From positions 528,900 to 592,899 of the forward strand of contig RHPI01000003.1 in the NCBI GenBank assembly GCA_009103225.1: DNA of 64,000 nt. The letters are read 5' to 3'. The stretch is from Chlorokybus atmophyticus. Taxonomy: Eukaryota; Plantae; Mesostigma and Chlorokybus algae. Shown piece by piece: positions 1-14,030 of the stretch (its first letter is position 1; the number at the start of each line of letters is the position of its first letter). Made by a program: the position numbers and the translations under genes. The notes below the pieces were generated by a model. That model saw nothing but the letters and a program-made list of their open reading frames with translations, ran no database searches and was not told the origin of the DNA.

Positions 1-31
1 ACAAGTGCTTATCAGATGTCACATTTGGCAG

Positions 32-1202
32 TGCAATGGTGTTGGGTGCAAACGATGGTGTTGTTAGCATCGGTTGCCTAGTTCTCGGAGTTGCAGCCGG
101 CCGGCTTTCGAGAGAACAGGCATGACTCAACTTACATGCTTGTCTACACACCCCACACTGCCTTTTCACTCACACACGTCACGTCACAACTTGTGATCCT
201 TTGCCAACGTCCGTAACCATCACAACTACACTTCTTTGACAGGTAGCGTTGGCGGGCGTTTCAGGGCTTGTTTCTGGAGCCTTGAGCATGGCAGTTGGTG
301 AATTTGTCAGCGTGTCTTCGCAAGCGGATGTTGAGGAAGCGGACTTGGAGCAGGAAAAACGGCAGCATGCGCTTCATCCAGAGTAAGCTGAGACTCATTT
401 ATATAGGAGATATACACGCAGCAGTCGTACACAGTTTCGTATTGCTATAGCCACGTCAGTCAGTGGACTCACTTGTTCTCATATGCACGTGTGTCGCAGC
501 TTTGAGTTGGACGAGCTCACCAGAATCTACGAGGCTAGGGGGTTGCAGTACTCGCTTGCTCGCCAGGTGCGTTGCACCTCAGATGTTACCATTGTCGCAC
601 GTCCATGTTGCACCGACAGTATGACGAAGTGCCCGCTGGTTGTTGTACTCCTATAACATCATCATCGATGAAGTTGGAGAGGATCATGCATCACCGTCAA
701 TTGCCTGCTTTGCAGGTTGCTGAGGAGTTGTCAAAGCAGAACGCGCTCATTGCCCACATGCGTGACGAGCTGGGCATTACAGAAGTCGCTGCCGCAAAGC
801 CGCTGCAGGTACAGTGTGTGCGTGCGTGCGTGTATGTATGTGTGTGTGTGCATGCGCGTTTGTGTTTGGATTTGTTTGATTGTGGTTTGGCCTGTTTTAC
901 ATTCATCACTCCCACGCAATGTTGGTGCCAATCACTGACTCCACAGCCCACAGGCCGGGCTGGTGTCCGCCGTATCATTCTCTTTGGGCGCTGCAATGCC
1001 GGTGGCCGCAATGTACTTTGCACCTCAGGACATTCGGATAAAAGCGACGGCGGCAGTGATGGTGCTGACGCTGGCGTTCACTGGCAGCATCGGTGCGTAC
1101 TTGGGCGGTGCGAAGATTGTGAGAGGAGCAGTGCGCGTGCTGATTGGCGGGGTGCTTGCCATGTTGATTGTGGTTGGCATCAGATACTTGTACAATGGAT
1201 AG
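32..1202 (+). CDS. VIT1: VIT1/CCC1-family vacuolar iron/manganese transporter (5' partial, spliced)
   Basis: Exons 32-119 ([23 protein letters not shown]), 243-382 ([34 protein letters not shown]), ~500-566 ([14 protein letters not shown]), ~717-809 (HMRDELGI) and ~952-1202 (SFSLGAAMP...[23 protein letters not shown] at 1200-1202). These match the VIT1 LGANDG and GALSMA.GE motifs. Confidence 0.93.
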
Positions 1203-1999
1203 TTGTGTATTGTTGTGGGTAGTGGTGGTGGTATTGTTGCTGATGTACTGTGGTCTGCGCTCAATTGCAGTGACCATTGAGTACATTTTGTATAGCTCCA
1301 TTTCCTCTGCTGTGAATATCACAGTAACAAATAATGGGGCGGTTTGTGCAGTGCTGTGGTTGGAAGAAAATTATATTTGTCAAAGCTTCTTACTTTCTTG
1401 TGAGTATCACTGCTCCGGTTCTTGTGTGTATCACAACATTGCACTTGCGTTCTCATGTACTACTGGCTGGCTTTTGTGCATTTGAGCTCTCCAGATACCT
1501 GTCTTTGATGTACCAGCGTTGTCCCGAACTGCTTTGTTACATGCTTGGCTAGGCTACGCTGTTGCGGCTCTGCTGCTGCACAAAGCATTCGGTACAGGTG
1601 TTGCGGAGTGGTCGCGAGGACAGTGAGCCCAGCATAACATGTACACAAACTACTCTGAAGTAATACTGGCTGCCTGTCGGTGCCAGCAAGTACACGGTGT
1701 TGTGGTTGTAGCTGTATCTGTGTTGTGTTAGTTATCGCACTTGGCTACAGTTGTGCTCATCCAGTCCTTCAGATTGAGGATGCACTGGTGGGACTCAATG
1801 AATGGCAATTTGCGCATGCACAGGTAAACTAACCTATGTAACAGTGGTTGTAGTGGCTGGCACGACGGTTGTATTGCACAGGATGTCAACATTGTTCAAT
1901 GAGCACTGACAGCAACAGGTGTTGCACGTCAAGACACACAGAGCCACAAGTCAACTGCACCTAGCTGACAACTACCTGTTGTCTCGCCGCCTTTAACCT

Positions 2000-4900
2000 C
2001 TAGCTGCGCATCCGCTGCTTGCTGCTCCCAGGACCGGCACTCACGTTGCTTCGCTGCACGTACTTAAGCAGCGCCAGGAGAGCTGCTGGCGTGACACCTG
2101 CTATTCGCGCTGCGTGTGCCAATGTTGGAGGACGTGTTGTGCTCAGCTTCTCCCTATCCTCTGCGCATGCAATTACTGTTGGAATACAACTGACTTGGGC
2201 GCAAGGGTGTTATAGTCACAAAAGATCAGCACACAAACCTGCAGATAGGGCAGGCACCACGGCATAGTCCACGTCATCTGGGATTGCGAGAGCCTCGTCG
2301 CGTTGGAATGCGTGCATCTGCTGCTCCTGCGTGTGTACAGGTATGTGCATAAACATGCCTATGTGTGATCATATGCACATGCCTGCAAGTCTGTGCGTAT
2401 GCGTATCTGCCAAGCCGTAACGCTGAACTCAGCTGAAGACGTCCGAGATACGTGTGCCATACACGCACATGCGTGTGTCATACATGCGCGCACGTGTGCT
2501 GAGCCATAAAGCTGCACTAGTAGTAAGGCAACAAAACATCCAACAGCAAGGCAACAGTGCCAGCTGGTGTTCGTACACATAGGCACACCTGCTTTAAGAT
2601 ATAGGCTTGGTACCGGGTGTCCACAATAGCGGTTTCAACAGCAGAGGACTGCGCCTCATCACCCAACGCGACCAAAGCTTCCAGAGCTTCAACTCCTTGA
2701 GGTCCACTCCCGCGCACCGCATCGACAATGGCCTTCAACCCATCATCGCCAACGCGAGAGATCATCGCAGCCGCGCTCACAAGCGAGCCATCCTGCGCTA
2801 CCTACAACAGAATGTTGGCTTGTTGTTGTAAATGTTCGTCTTGAATTAGTTGAAACCACATACCTGAAAGCCTAAACGCTGCCAAGTGGCCGCAGACAGT
2901 GTTGCTGCTTCGAGCACTCTATGCACACTGTCAATCTCTTGCGCTCGCCGGCGCGCCGCATCACGCCTTGCATCGTCAACAATCCCAGCCTCCCAAGCTC
3001 TTTCCGTCAACCTGCACAAGTTCACAACATCAGCAACATCACATATTTGAGTGTGCATGCGTAGACGTGCGCACGCATGCGCGAGTGCGTGCGTGTGTCT
3101 GCGCGTGTGTGAACACATGAACATGTGGACAATATGCAAGTGGGCACACATGTCCACCTTAGGTCTGCATTGTCTGGTCGCAATGCCAGTCTCCTTTCCA
3201 CCCGCGACGAGAACATGCGGTACGGCTCCGACGTCCCGCGCGTGACGAGATCGTCCACGAGCACGCCCGCGTACGCCTCGTGACGCGACACTATGAAAGG
3301 CTGGGACGGACGCGCGGCGTTCACACCGGCCAATAGACCCTGCGCGGCCGCCTCTTCATAACCGGTCGTACCTGTAGGCAAGGGTTGATGTGTGATGCAC
3401 TCGTCAAGACTGCCTAAACATGTTGGGATGTGCTTGTTGGGTGAACCACTTGCACACATATACACCTCCACCACTCAAGCACGCGCACACGCACATGTAC
3501 GCACGCACACATGCATGTGTCTGCGCGCGAGCACACAATGTACATGCACAATCACACACTAATCCACGGCAACAAGCACACTGTCACCACATCCTACTCA
3601 CCATTAATCTGTCCCGCGAGGTACAGTCCCCGTATCCTTTTCGTCTCCAGCGTGAGTCTCAGTTCCCTCGGGTCCACGTAATCGTACTCCACGCCGTACG
3701 CGGGCACCAACATGTCGGCGCGTTCTAACCCGGGGATGCTGCGCAGCATCGCGCGCTGCGTGGCGGGTTCCAACGAGTTGGAGATGCCGTTCGGGTAGAT
3801 CACGTGGGAGGAGAGAGACTCGGGTTCGAGCCATACCATGTGGGTGCGGTTGGGGAAACGCTTCACCTTCAGAGTGCAACAGGTGGGAGGTTGAGTGTGA
3901 GTGAAAGAATAGATGACTGAATGAGTGAATGAACCTACGAGCAGATGAACATGTGAAAGGAGCAAACAAAAGAACACATGCATAAACCAGTGAGCCGGAT
4001 TGACGGCACGAATGCTCAACAAAAAGTTCCATGTACTTCAATCAACTACCCGTGACTCACTCACTTGTCCACAAAGAGCAAAGCGTTGGTTGGCGAATGT
4101 AAACTGACTCCCACGCAACTCATGCCAAACCACATTGCCTCTTTACCTTCATCTCAAGAGAAGGGCAGTATCGCGGCCCCACCCCCTCCCCTTCCTCCCC
4201 CCCATCAAACCTTCCCACCAGCTCCAGCGCCGCCTTCTTCACGATCTCCTCCGTCTCCACACTCGTACGCGTGCCATAGCAAGCCACTTGCCTCAACCCG
4301 GGACACCAAGATGATGATGTTGGGTACTCGTTGAGGTATGAGAACGGTCGCGGGTTGGCGTCGCCGAGCTGGACTTCCATGTTGGTAAAGTCGATGGTCC
4401 TACCGTCCAAGCGAGGAGGCGTGCCGGTTTTGAGACGGCCTAAGCGGAAGCCGGCGGTGGCTAAGGTTTGGGAGAGCTTGCTGGCGGCGGTGGAGGCAGC
4501 CTTGTCTGCACTGCAGCGGCAAGGAGTGTTGGAGATGTTGGAGCTCAGGTCAGGTCAGTTCAACGGTAAGAGGATGCCGGAGACAGCGTACCAACATCTA
4601 CTACTGCGGCTCACGCACATGCACACACGCGTATCCATAACAGCTTGGTCTGCTCCATCCACCATGCGCACACCCACGGTCACGCATTCACACGCGCGTG
4701 TGTGTACATGCGTGCGCACGCTACACCCGTCTACACATGCGCGTACGCACGCATGCACGCAGACACAGACAAACACACACCATGCATCATCAGCTCATCT
4801 GCTGGTCTGAAAACAAAATGCTGCGACAACAACACTCCCCCCCCCAATACACACATACCTCGCCACCGCGGCTGCATTCTCCGCCTCGATGCGCGAGTCC

Positions 4901-6507
4901 TCCATCCCCGCTAATGGCGGCAGTCTCCCCGCTTCAAAGGAGTTGCGCCCAATGTGTATGCGTCCTCTTAGAAACGTCCCCGTCGTGATCACCACGCCGT
5001 TGCGTGCCGTGAGACGCTCGTGTGTGGAAGCGAGCTCGACGCCCGACACGCTCGCACGGGTGCCGGAAGACGTGCGGTCGTCGTCGCTGTTGTTGGTCAC
5101 GATGAGGTCGGAGACGGCGGCGTCGACAATGGTGAGGTTGGGTGTGGCTGCCAAAGCCGCCTGTTGTGTGGAAACAAAGAGAGGGTGTTGGGTACTACGT
5201 GTGTTGTTGGACGAGTGGTGTGCATTGTTGTGACATATGTGGTACATTACGAGAACATCTGTGCGTATGTTGCACTGTACAAGTGTACCACACTCTCACA
5301 CACGTGCGCAAGCGCGCACGCACACAGTAGGTACACCTGGTGTACTGTTGGCGTGACGTCCTGATGTGGTATTGTTCAATAGCAGCCCAACCCACAATCC
5401 AGACACCGACGCAAAACACGCCCAACAACGACCCCAGTGCACAAACCACCAATCCATGCGTGCCAAGCACACAATACCAACGACCACAACCCCCACCCCC
5501 ACCCCCACTCCTCTCTCACCTGCACCCTCTTCTTATACTCCCCCCGATCCATCTGCGCCCTGGGTCCCCTTACCGCCGCCCCCTTTGACGAATTCAGCAC
5601 GCGGAACTGGATGCCCGCCGCGTCGGCGCAACGACCCATCAGACCGGAGAGGGCGTCGACCTCGCGGACGAGGGTGCCCTTGGCCAGACCGCCGATGGAA
5701 GGGTTGCAGGACATCTGGCCGAGGGTTGAAGCTGGGTTGGGGGTGATGAGGAGAGTCTGCGTGTGTGAGAATACGCTTGTTTGAGACCGCGCGGGTGCAT
5801 GCGTGCGTGTGGTGTGCGTGTGCGCACACGCACCACACACAAAGACACGTGCACATGCATGCGTTCGCGCGTGCATGCATGCATGCACGTGTGCGCGTGA
5901 GCATGCGTGAGTACCCATGTATTTTGCACACGAACGTCCTTGTGCACGAGCATAGCGAGCGTGCTCACAATGCTTGCATGCACACACAACTATGCACACC
6001 ACACACAAAAACACTGCTGAGCGCACGCGCACATGCATGTGTGCGTGAGCGTTTTTGTGCTTACCAACGTAATTGCACACAACCGTGCCTGCGCGCGCAC
6101 CAACTATATATACGCAAGGGCGCTCGTGTATGCACACGCGTAGAACCTCTTTCAAGCATGCATTGCAGCGACGGGTGCTGTACACAATGTAACGTATACA
6201 CGGGGGCGCAAAAAAGACAAGTGCATAGCAGAAGTTACAAATATCACAATACCGACACCGACACAAGTAACCAACACTGTGAGTATGGGTGGCTGTATAC
6301 CCTCCACTTGCTCACCTTTGCGCCCCGTCGTGCAGCGGCCGCGGCGGCCTCGCACCCGGCGTGTCCCCCGCCCACCACAATCACGTCCGCGTCGTACGAG
6401 GACAGCATGGGGGGAGAGGTTGTGGATGTGGATGTTGTGAGCGATCGGGCGAGGAGGGGGAGGGAGGAGGAGGCGTGATGCAGCGCACGGGTTGCAATGG
6501 TGGTCAT
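2000..6507 (-). CDS. MTO1: MnmG/GidA/MTO1 tRNA uridine 5-carboxymethylaminomethyl modification enzyme with N-terminal organellar-type presequence (multi-exon)
   Basis: ATG at 6507. Motifs: [22 protein letters not shown] (FAD-binding), [87 protein letters not shown]. The last exon reads [35 protein letters not shown], with TAG at 2000-2002. Confidence 0.96.
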
Positions 6508-7274
6508 GATGGGATGAGTGTGAAGATTGTCGACAGCGTGGATGTGAAAGCGCCACTGGAGAGAGACACAGACATACGCGGTTCAGAGAAGTTGTGTTTG
6601 TTGCGCATATTGTGGTTGGAATGCTGGTAGTACAAGCATAACCAGCTTTCACAGTGGTGTCAATTACTCTCACAAGCAAAGCTTGACCCTATGTTGGGAT
6701 TGAGCTCGATCCATGTATGCATGCGTGGGTGCATGCGCGTGCACATGGGCGTACGAGCGCGCGTGTGTGTTGTACTTGGGTGCGTTTGTTTGTTTTCGCT
6801 TGCATACTCTCACCCATACCACAGGTTAATAAACATAGATTGAAACCGTGTGTGGTGGGCTACTGTGCGTGCTCGCGTGCGTGCGTGCGTGCATGCGTTC
6901 CCCCAAACCCCCAGTGCAACCGCTGATTCAAGCGCACATATTGACACCAACAAACATCATACAAGTAACATGACACGCTCTGAGGCCAACACAAAATCAC
7001 AAGCAGATGTATGCGCCAACCAGCCATTCAACCAAAGCATTGGAGCGGCAAGCACGCAAGTAAGCACACAGTGAAACCATCAAGGCAACCAAGCAAGGCA
7101 ATCTTGCAACACGCAATCATACAAGCAAGCAAGCAGGCAGCTCACCGCAAAGGAAGGCTCCGACGCAACCAAAGCGAAGCGAAACACAGATGAATCCTCC
7201 TTCAGCACATTCCCCCCGCTGACGTCAACCTCAACCGCCGCCCAACCAAGCTAGAAGGGAACCCACCCCCGACA

Positions 7275-7510
7275 TCACTGCTGCGCCGCCTGATCCACCT
7301 CCTCCTCCACCACTGCCGCCGCCGCCGCCGCCGCCTTGTCACCAGCTTGCACAAAGTAGCCCTGGTGGCGGCTGCGGCGGCGGTGTCGCTGTCCTGGTCG
7401 CTGGCAGCAGGGATTTTGTTCGAGGTCAAGAAGGTCCTTGCCGCCCACCTCCTCCTGGTCGAGCTTGTCCGCCACGGCGCCGGCGCCGGCGAGGGCGTGG
7501 AGGTGGCTGA
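7275..7510 (-). pseudogene. Isolated coding-like fragment, weakly SAM-domain-like
   Basis: High-GC3 codon run (LHALAGAGAVADKLDQEEVGGKDLLDLEQ) loosely resembles the SAM core (..L.eeei.G..LL.L). It has no in-frame ATG and degrades downstream. Confidence 0.22.
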
Positions 7511-8145
7511 GTTTTGCGCAGCTTCACAGCAGAGCTGAGTAGTAGCTGAATTGCGCTTCTGTTGACAAGTAACTATCTGTGTAACAGGACGCCTGAACGT
7601 GTATGGATGTGTCCGTGTTGTGTCCATGTTTGTTAACAGGTGGAACACAATGAGAATGAGAGTGACCTGTGGCCATAACACTGTGGGTTGCATGTGCTTG
7701 CCACCACAATATAATATACGCCAGGTGGAATATCAATGCAGGGTGATGATGTTGGCAACGACTTGGTGTGTACAGAGAAAGGCCATCGATTGTATACCAC
7801 TTGTCAACCTCAAGGCGCATTATGCAACGTAATTCAGGCTTGCAACTTCACACAAATCTGTGCAAGCAGCTGCAGGGGTGCTGCTTGACATTATTCTGGT
7901 CACATGTATGCAAAGAGAATTGCAACTGTGTCTCGCATTGCACACAGCAATCAACCGAGACTAGGCAGTTGAACTACACTTCCGCCACGTTGCAATGCAA
8001 GACACACATGTCGTTGTCAACGGAGTGCTACCTATCCACACACACACACACACGCCAAAAAGGCTACCGATCGTCACAAAACAGTCAGTGGTACACAAAC
8101 ACACACAGTGGTGAGAGACATCAGCCTCCTCTTCTGCACAGTTCC

Positions 8146-9990
8146 CTACTTCTTGTACATCTTGATGAAGTTGTTACTCTCCTCCTTCTGTCCGCACATC
8201 GGGTTGGGAGCGAACACGCAGCTCTTCTGCTTGTCGAACAGCTCGCACACCTCCTTCTCGTCCATGTCGAACACCGTGCCGAGGTAACCCTCGTGGGTCT
8301 TGAGCGCCTTGTACACATTGATGTTGCCTGAACACACGAGTGAGTGACTGAGTGAGTGAGTGAGTGTGCGTGAGTGTGTGTGAGTGAGCGTGTGTGTAAG
8401 AGAGTGTGTGTGTGCCAATGCATTACCTGCTAAGAAGACTGGAGGAGAGAAGGCACAGCCGATGAAGCCAACAATCTCAGCATCCTCGTTGCAGTCAGCC
8501 CAGTAAGTGTGCGCATACATCTGCACAGCATTGTCTTCTTGGAGCCATCACATGCATGACAAAAGGCACCACCTGCTTTTCTGCACACAACCTACCGGCG
8601 GGATGATGATGACGTCGCCCTCTTTCATCTCCTTGCGCAGCGCGCGGTTGCCCTTTGTGTTAACCATCTCGAATGTAATCTTGCCTTTGGTCACGTAGCC
8701 GACAGTCACGGCGTTATTGCGGTAGTTGGGGAGCGTCATTGTACCCTACAGGAAAGGTGGTTATGACACACACACACACACTCACACACACACGAGACTG
8801 ACCTTCTTCAGCGTGACGTGCAGTCCACCAAAATCAGCGTCCTTGCTTGAAGGCCATGTGGCTTCATTACAAAGCTTCCCGCAGCTTCCATGCTCTGTTA
8901 CACGCGAACGTTGCTTGTCAAGATAAATTAACCTTCATGTGATTTCATCACTGATTATTCTACCTTCCATGAAGGCTGGCATCCTCTTGATGGGGCAGAC
9001 GTAAGAGCGCATGCCAACCATGCCATTGGCGGGTGCTGGCTCAGGGACCTGCTTGTGGTCAACATGTCACATCAAGTGCTGTGCATGTGTATGTGTGTGT
9101 CAAGTTGTATCACATTGGCACGCACATCACGATCAGAGCCCCGCTGCTTGCACTGTCTGTCGTAGTCGAAGCTGATCAAGCCTCGCTTCTTCGTCAGCTG
9201 CTTGGCCTGGCATGCAAAAAGAAGAAGTGTGTGCGTGCGTGCGCACACTCACAGAACGACAACGCGTGACGCCCAAAGAGAAACAAGTACATGTACACCT
9301 ACTGCTCAAGGCAACTCTTACCTTGTCTTCGTCTACATTGAAGGCAGCAGCGAGTGTCTTAATGTCGAATCCTTTGAGTACGCCCTTCATCTCATCCTTG
9401 TCTCCCGCGAGCATCATCGTGGGCGGGTCCGGCATGTACTTGTTCTCTTTGGGTGTCACACGGCTGTATATACAACACACAGCAGGTGAGAATGTGTAAC
9501 ACACACGCATTGTGACAACATGCTTACCTCAGGCAGACTATGCAGGCCTTGTCTTGTGTTGGGTTGTGGAACGCGTCGGCGTGGGAGCGAGGCATCATGA
9601 TCATGTCGCCCTCCTTCACGCGGCCCATCACCATCGAAGGCATGCCGCGCACGGTCGAACGCCACACCAACTCACCTGCGTGGAGGGCATGTTAGCATGT
9701 GCAACAAGGTGTGTGTGTATGTGTGTGTGTGTGTGTGTGTGTGCGTGCGTACGTGCGCGCGCGCACAGAGAGACACATATGCGAATGCGCATGCGCGCAC
9801 AGATCACATACACACAGTGACTATACCTGAGGTGATGTAGCAGGCGTATGCGAATTCATCCGTGTAAGGGAAGGCGACGCCGCACGAGTCCAGCTCGATG
9901 GTCCACATGACGTAGCCCATCTGCAATGGCAGTGCATGCATATTCAGCACTTGCTTTGCCTTGAGATGTTCTAGATCAGTGGCACAGACT

Positions 9991-10085
<95 letters not shown>

Positions 10086-10396
10086 GCACCTCTTTGAGCA
10101 GGTCGTTCTTCAGGCAGCTGAACTTGCCAGCCTTTTCATCAATCGCAGGCTTGGTGTCCTTGAGGCTGGCGGTGAACTCCGCCTCCTGTGTTGGAAAGGT
10201 CAGTAAGCGCACACATCAACACATGCATGCAATGCTGCTGCAAGCACAACTCCTTGTTCTTCAGGCAAAGTCCGTGTGGTTGTGCATCTTCACGACGCAT
10301 CCTCACCTGTTGTTGAGCAGTTGTGGAAGGCAGACAGCTGGCAAGCAGGCAGAGGGATGCCAGCAGCAGAGCGAGCGCCATTGTTGGGCGAGCCAT
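8146..10396 (-). CDS. Secreted bicupin, seed-storage globulin-like (vicilin/legumin superfamily)
   Basis: ATG at 10396 with a signal peptide (MARPTMALALLLASLCLLASCLPSTTAQQQ). Cupin 1: IELDSCGVAFPYTDEFAYACYITSG ... VKEGDMIMMP ... MLAGDKDEMKGVLKGFDIKTLAAAFNVDEDK. Cupin 2: GTMTLPNYRNNAVTVGYVTKG ... MKEGDVIIIPPVG ... PVFLAGNINVYKAL...VFDMDEKEVCELFDKQK. TAG at 8146-8148. Confidence 0.82.
9996..10083. repeat. Pure (CA)n microsatellite, ~88 bp, inside a bicupin intron
   Basis: Uninterrupted CA dinucleotides, read directly from the sequence. Confidence 0.98.
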
Positions 10397-12957
10397 TATT
10401 TCCCACACACACTTGGACATGCAGACCAAAAGCACTCAAGCACTGAGTGAGCTGAGCTCCTGCTTGCATCTTTGTCAGTTTATGTAGCCCTGGCACTGAG
10501 CCTTTTCAAGTGAATTCTTTTCCTCCTCGGTGACATCAACAGCCTGCAAGTGCTTGGATATTGAGTACCATTGCCACAGTATCTTAGTACTGGTACTACA
10601 GTATTACTGACACCATAGTGATGGTGCCTATAAAGTCACCTTTATCTGATTCAATTGGTTAACATCTCATCCTTGCCTGCCTGCCCCTTGCCACGTAAGA
10701 CACTGTACAGCCTGCCTGGCCTTGGAGGCCAACAACAATAAGACTGTGGTGTGACACAGCGTGCCTGGCCTTGGAATTGGTGCTGGCGCTTGAACATAAG
10801 TGACACAGCTTAATAGGCCAATCCCCTCCAGCAGCAGGCAAGACTTGAGTGGCGTCAAGGCTTGTTTTGAGACTGTGATTTGCTGCAGCCTCGGGGGGTC
10901 TTTGTTTAATAGAATAATGGGTGATGCGCGAGACAAGCCAAGGATGTGTGTATCCCCCCAGCGATTGACGGCGGTCAAGGTCTCTCATCTCTCAAGCTCT
11001 TTTTCTCTCGAGGTTGCAGTGTGCTGACGGCAAAGTGTGACTGCTTGCTGCAGGCACAGAGGCCCTGCGTGGTGATTCACGCATAACGGTGCATGAGTCA
11101 TGCCTGCTATGTAGAGATGACACATGCTTTATCGTACCTATGTCGTACCCATGCAATGTGTCAACAACAACAACAACAACTTCTTCATGCCAAGCTACAT
11201 TGCGTTGTGGCAATGCCGGGGGAAGCGGCAGCAGGCACTCCACCAGTGCCATGCAACACGCACATGCAATTGAGCAGAGCTCAACTTCAACGCGCCAAAC
11301 ATTGCTGACAACGCTTTGCTTAGCGGGCCTTTGAGCAATAAGATAGAAAGCGTGCTACTGGCACGGGAAGCATGAAAAGCAGAAGCACAAGGGTGTATAA
11401 TGACATGCGATGCAGCAGTTTGCCATGCACGACACATGCTTATAGCTACGTACTTGCTGTGCTTCCATTCATGCACCATTAGTGGTCCACTACGTGCGTG
11501 TCATGCCAAGGTCATGCCACGGCGTGGATCCATATAAGTATGTGGAGAGGGACACATGTTACTGTCATAGGAAGTTGGTATTCAATCCCAAACTAGGATT
11601 AAGGATGGGTTAACAATAAAGTAATTATTGCATAATAATTATCAAACATATGGGGGCATTGACCTTACACTGCCGTTTTGTCAAGCTGCCCCCCNCCCAA
11701 AATAAGAAGATTGTTGTATTGCAGCACGTGGCATTATTACCTACTTATTGACATGACATTGTACTCGCTTAGCGTAACCATTGCCTGGAGCAAAACCAGG
11801 TTAAATCGTCTTCGAGATATTGCGGTAAGTCATGTTGTCCCTTACATTCTTGAGGGGTTAGAAGTTTTAGCTCTAATATCACGCATGCCATCGCCAAAGT
11901 GAACAAGTTTCTTACCATATAAATGATGCAAATCATTGATGTTATATTGGTAATAGATTCTAACATATGATACCCTTCAATACCCTTCTTCCTTCCTGAT
12001 ACTGAATGTACTAGCCAACTTTTATACACTTATATTTGTTACGTTTCCACACTCACGTACTTCCTGAACGGCTTGGCAAACTTCTGCACATGCATTAGGA
12101 CTTACAGCACTCACTGAATGGAAGTCCCGCCACCCAAGACACCAAGAAAGAGCCCAGGATGACCACAAGCTCACCTCCAACTCCCTGCACACACGCACAC
12201 ACACACTCACACTGAGCGGTGCACACGCTCACACACATTACCTCCCACATTGGATGGTAGGGAGAGCCCCTGCAACAGCTACTAGCGAGGCACCCCACAC
12301 ACAAGTGGTAAACTAGCGGTGCACACATGATGCCCACTAGCAGCTGCAACTCAGCTACTTGTACCCTTGTTGCTCTCCGACCTGACACACACATCAACCA
12401 ATGGCTCACACAAGCCTTGATAATGTGCGCTGACTTGTCAGCACATGCTCACATATTCCCTACCTCAAGAATATCAACCCACCTCGGGAGTGTCACCTGC
12501 CACATCACTTATACCTCGGGAACATCAAACATAGCCCTGAGAGTGTATGGACGTTAGCCACCAATAGCTTAATATTGCTCATAACAGGAACATAATGGTA
12601 GTCTTTGTCACCATGATAGCGACTTGACATTATATCTGCCATTGGCAATGCACAACTGCTTTAAGACTACCACACATGGCAGTCTTTGTCACAACACTGT
12701 AACATGAGGCTCGTATAGTGGTGGGCATTGACAAGCTTTGTGCTAGCGCATATCAATGCCCTGTGTAGTATTGTGTGTGTCCATGAATCCTAAGGAGACA
12801 TGAACTGACTCCATGAGCACACTTGTCAAGCATTACACATATTGATAAGCGGAATCCTCACTTAGTCCTTCTTACATACATAAGTAAGGAACATAGAATG
12901 AGCTTTTGCCAGCCCTATGAACGTGACATATCAATAAAGTGCAACAGGGAGAGAGGG

Positions 12958-13871
12958 NNNNNNNNNNNNNNNNNNNNNNNNNNNNNNNNNNNNNNNNNNN
13001 NNNNNNNNNNNNNNNNNNNNNNNNNNNNNNNNNNNNNNNNNNNNNNNNNNNNNNNNNNNNNNNNNNNNNNNNNNNNNNNNNNNNNNNNNNNNNNNNNNNN
13101 NNNNNNNNNNNNNNNNNNNNNNNNNNNNNNNNNNNNNNNNNNNNNNNNNNNNNNNNNNNNNNNNNNNNNNNNNNNNNNNNNNNNNNNNNNNNNNNNNNNN
13201 NNNNNNNNNNNNNNNNNNNNNNNNNNNNNNNNNNNNNNNNNNNNNNNNNNNNNNNNNNNNNNNNNNNNNNNNNNNNNNNNNNNNNNNNNNNNNNNNNNNN
13301 NNNNNNNNNNNNNNNNNNNNNNNNNNNNNNNNNNNNNNNNNNNNNNNNNNNNNNNNNNNNNNNNNNNNNNNNNNNNNNNNNNNNNNNNNNNNNNNNNNNN
13401 NNNNNNNNNNNNNNNNNNNNNNNNNNNNNNNNNNNNNNNNNNNNNNNNNNNNNNNNNNNNNNNNNNNNNNNNNNNNNNNNNNNNNNNNNNNNNNNNNNNN
13501 NNNNNNNNNNNNNNNNNNNNNNNNNNNNNNNNNNNNNNNNNNNNNNNNNNNNNNNNNNNNNNNNNNNNNNNNNNNNNNNNNNNNNNNNNNNNNNNNNNNN
13601 NNNNNNNNNNNNNNNNNNNNNNNNNNNNNNNNNNNNNNNNNNNNNNNNNNNNNNNNNNNNNNNNNNNNNNNNNNNNNNNNNNNNNNNNNNNNNNNNNNNN
13701 NNNNNNNNNNNNNNNNNNNNNNNNNNNNNNNNNNNNNNNNNNNNNNNNNNNNNNNNNNNNNNNNNNNNNNNNNNNNNNNNNNNNNNNNNNNNNNNNNNNN
13801 NNNNNNNNNNNNNNNNNNNNNNNNNNNNNNNNNNNNNNNNNNNNNNNNNNNNNNNNNNNNNNNNNNNNNNN
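12958..13871. other. Assembly gap (N run)
   Basis: Continuous n characters. Confidence 1.
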
Positions 13872-14030
13872 GTAGAGGCGGCAGTCGACACTGCGCAGTG
13901 CCAACGTCAGGCCGGCGGCCTGACAGCGGCGGCACCGGCGGCAGCTAGCAGCCGCTACCCACTAGGGTGGGTAGTGGTAGTTGTTAGCTAGTTGTTGTTG
14001 TTGTATAGTTGTATAGTGCTGCTGTTAGTG

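Noticed and set aside
5376-6478. Long C/V/H/T/A/R-rich ORFs here and at many similar places (9804-10212, 53221-53972 and others)
   Set aside because: They are translations of intronic CA/TG/CG tracts, sometimes running through one real exon.
11750-12560. Degenerate coding-like stretch that could be another transposon gene
   Set aside because: It has multiple stops and no motif I can assign, so it is left uncalled.
12823-13991. Five 329-350 aa ORFs in the track
   Set aside because: They are artefacts of translating the N gap (poly-X).
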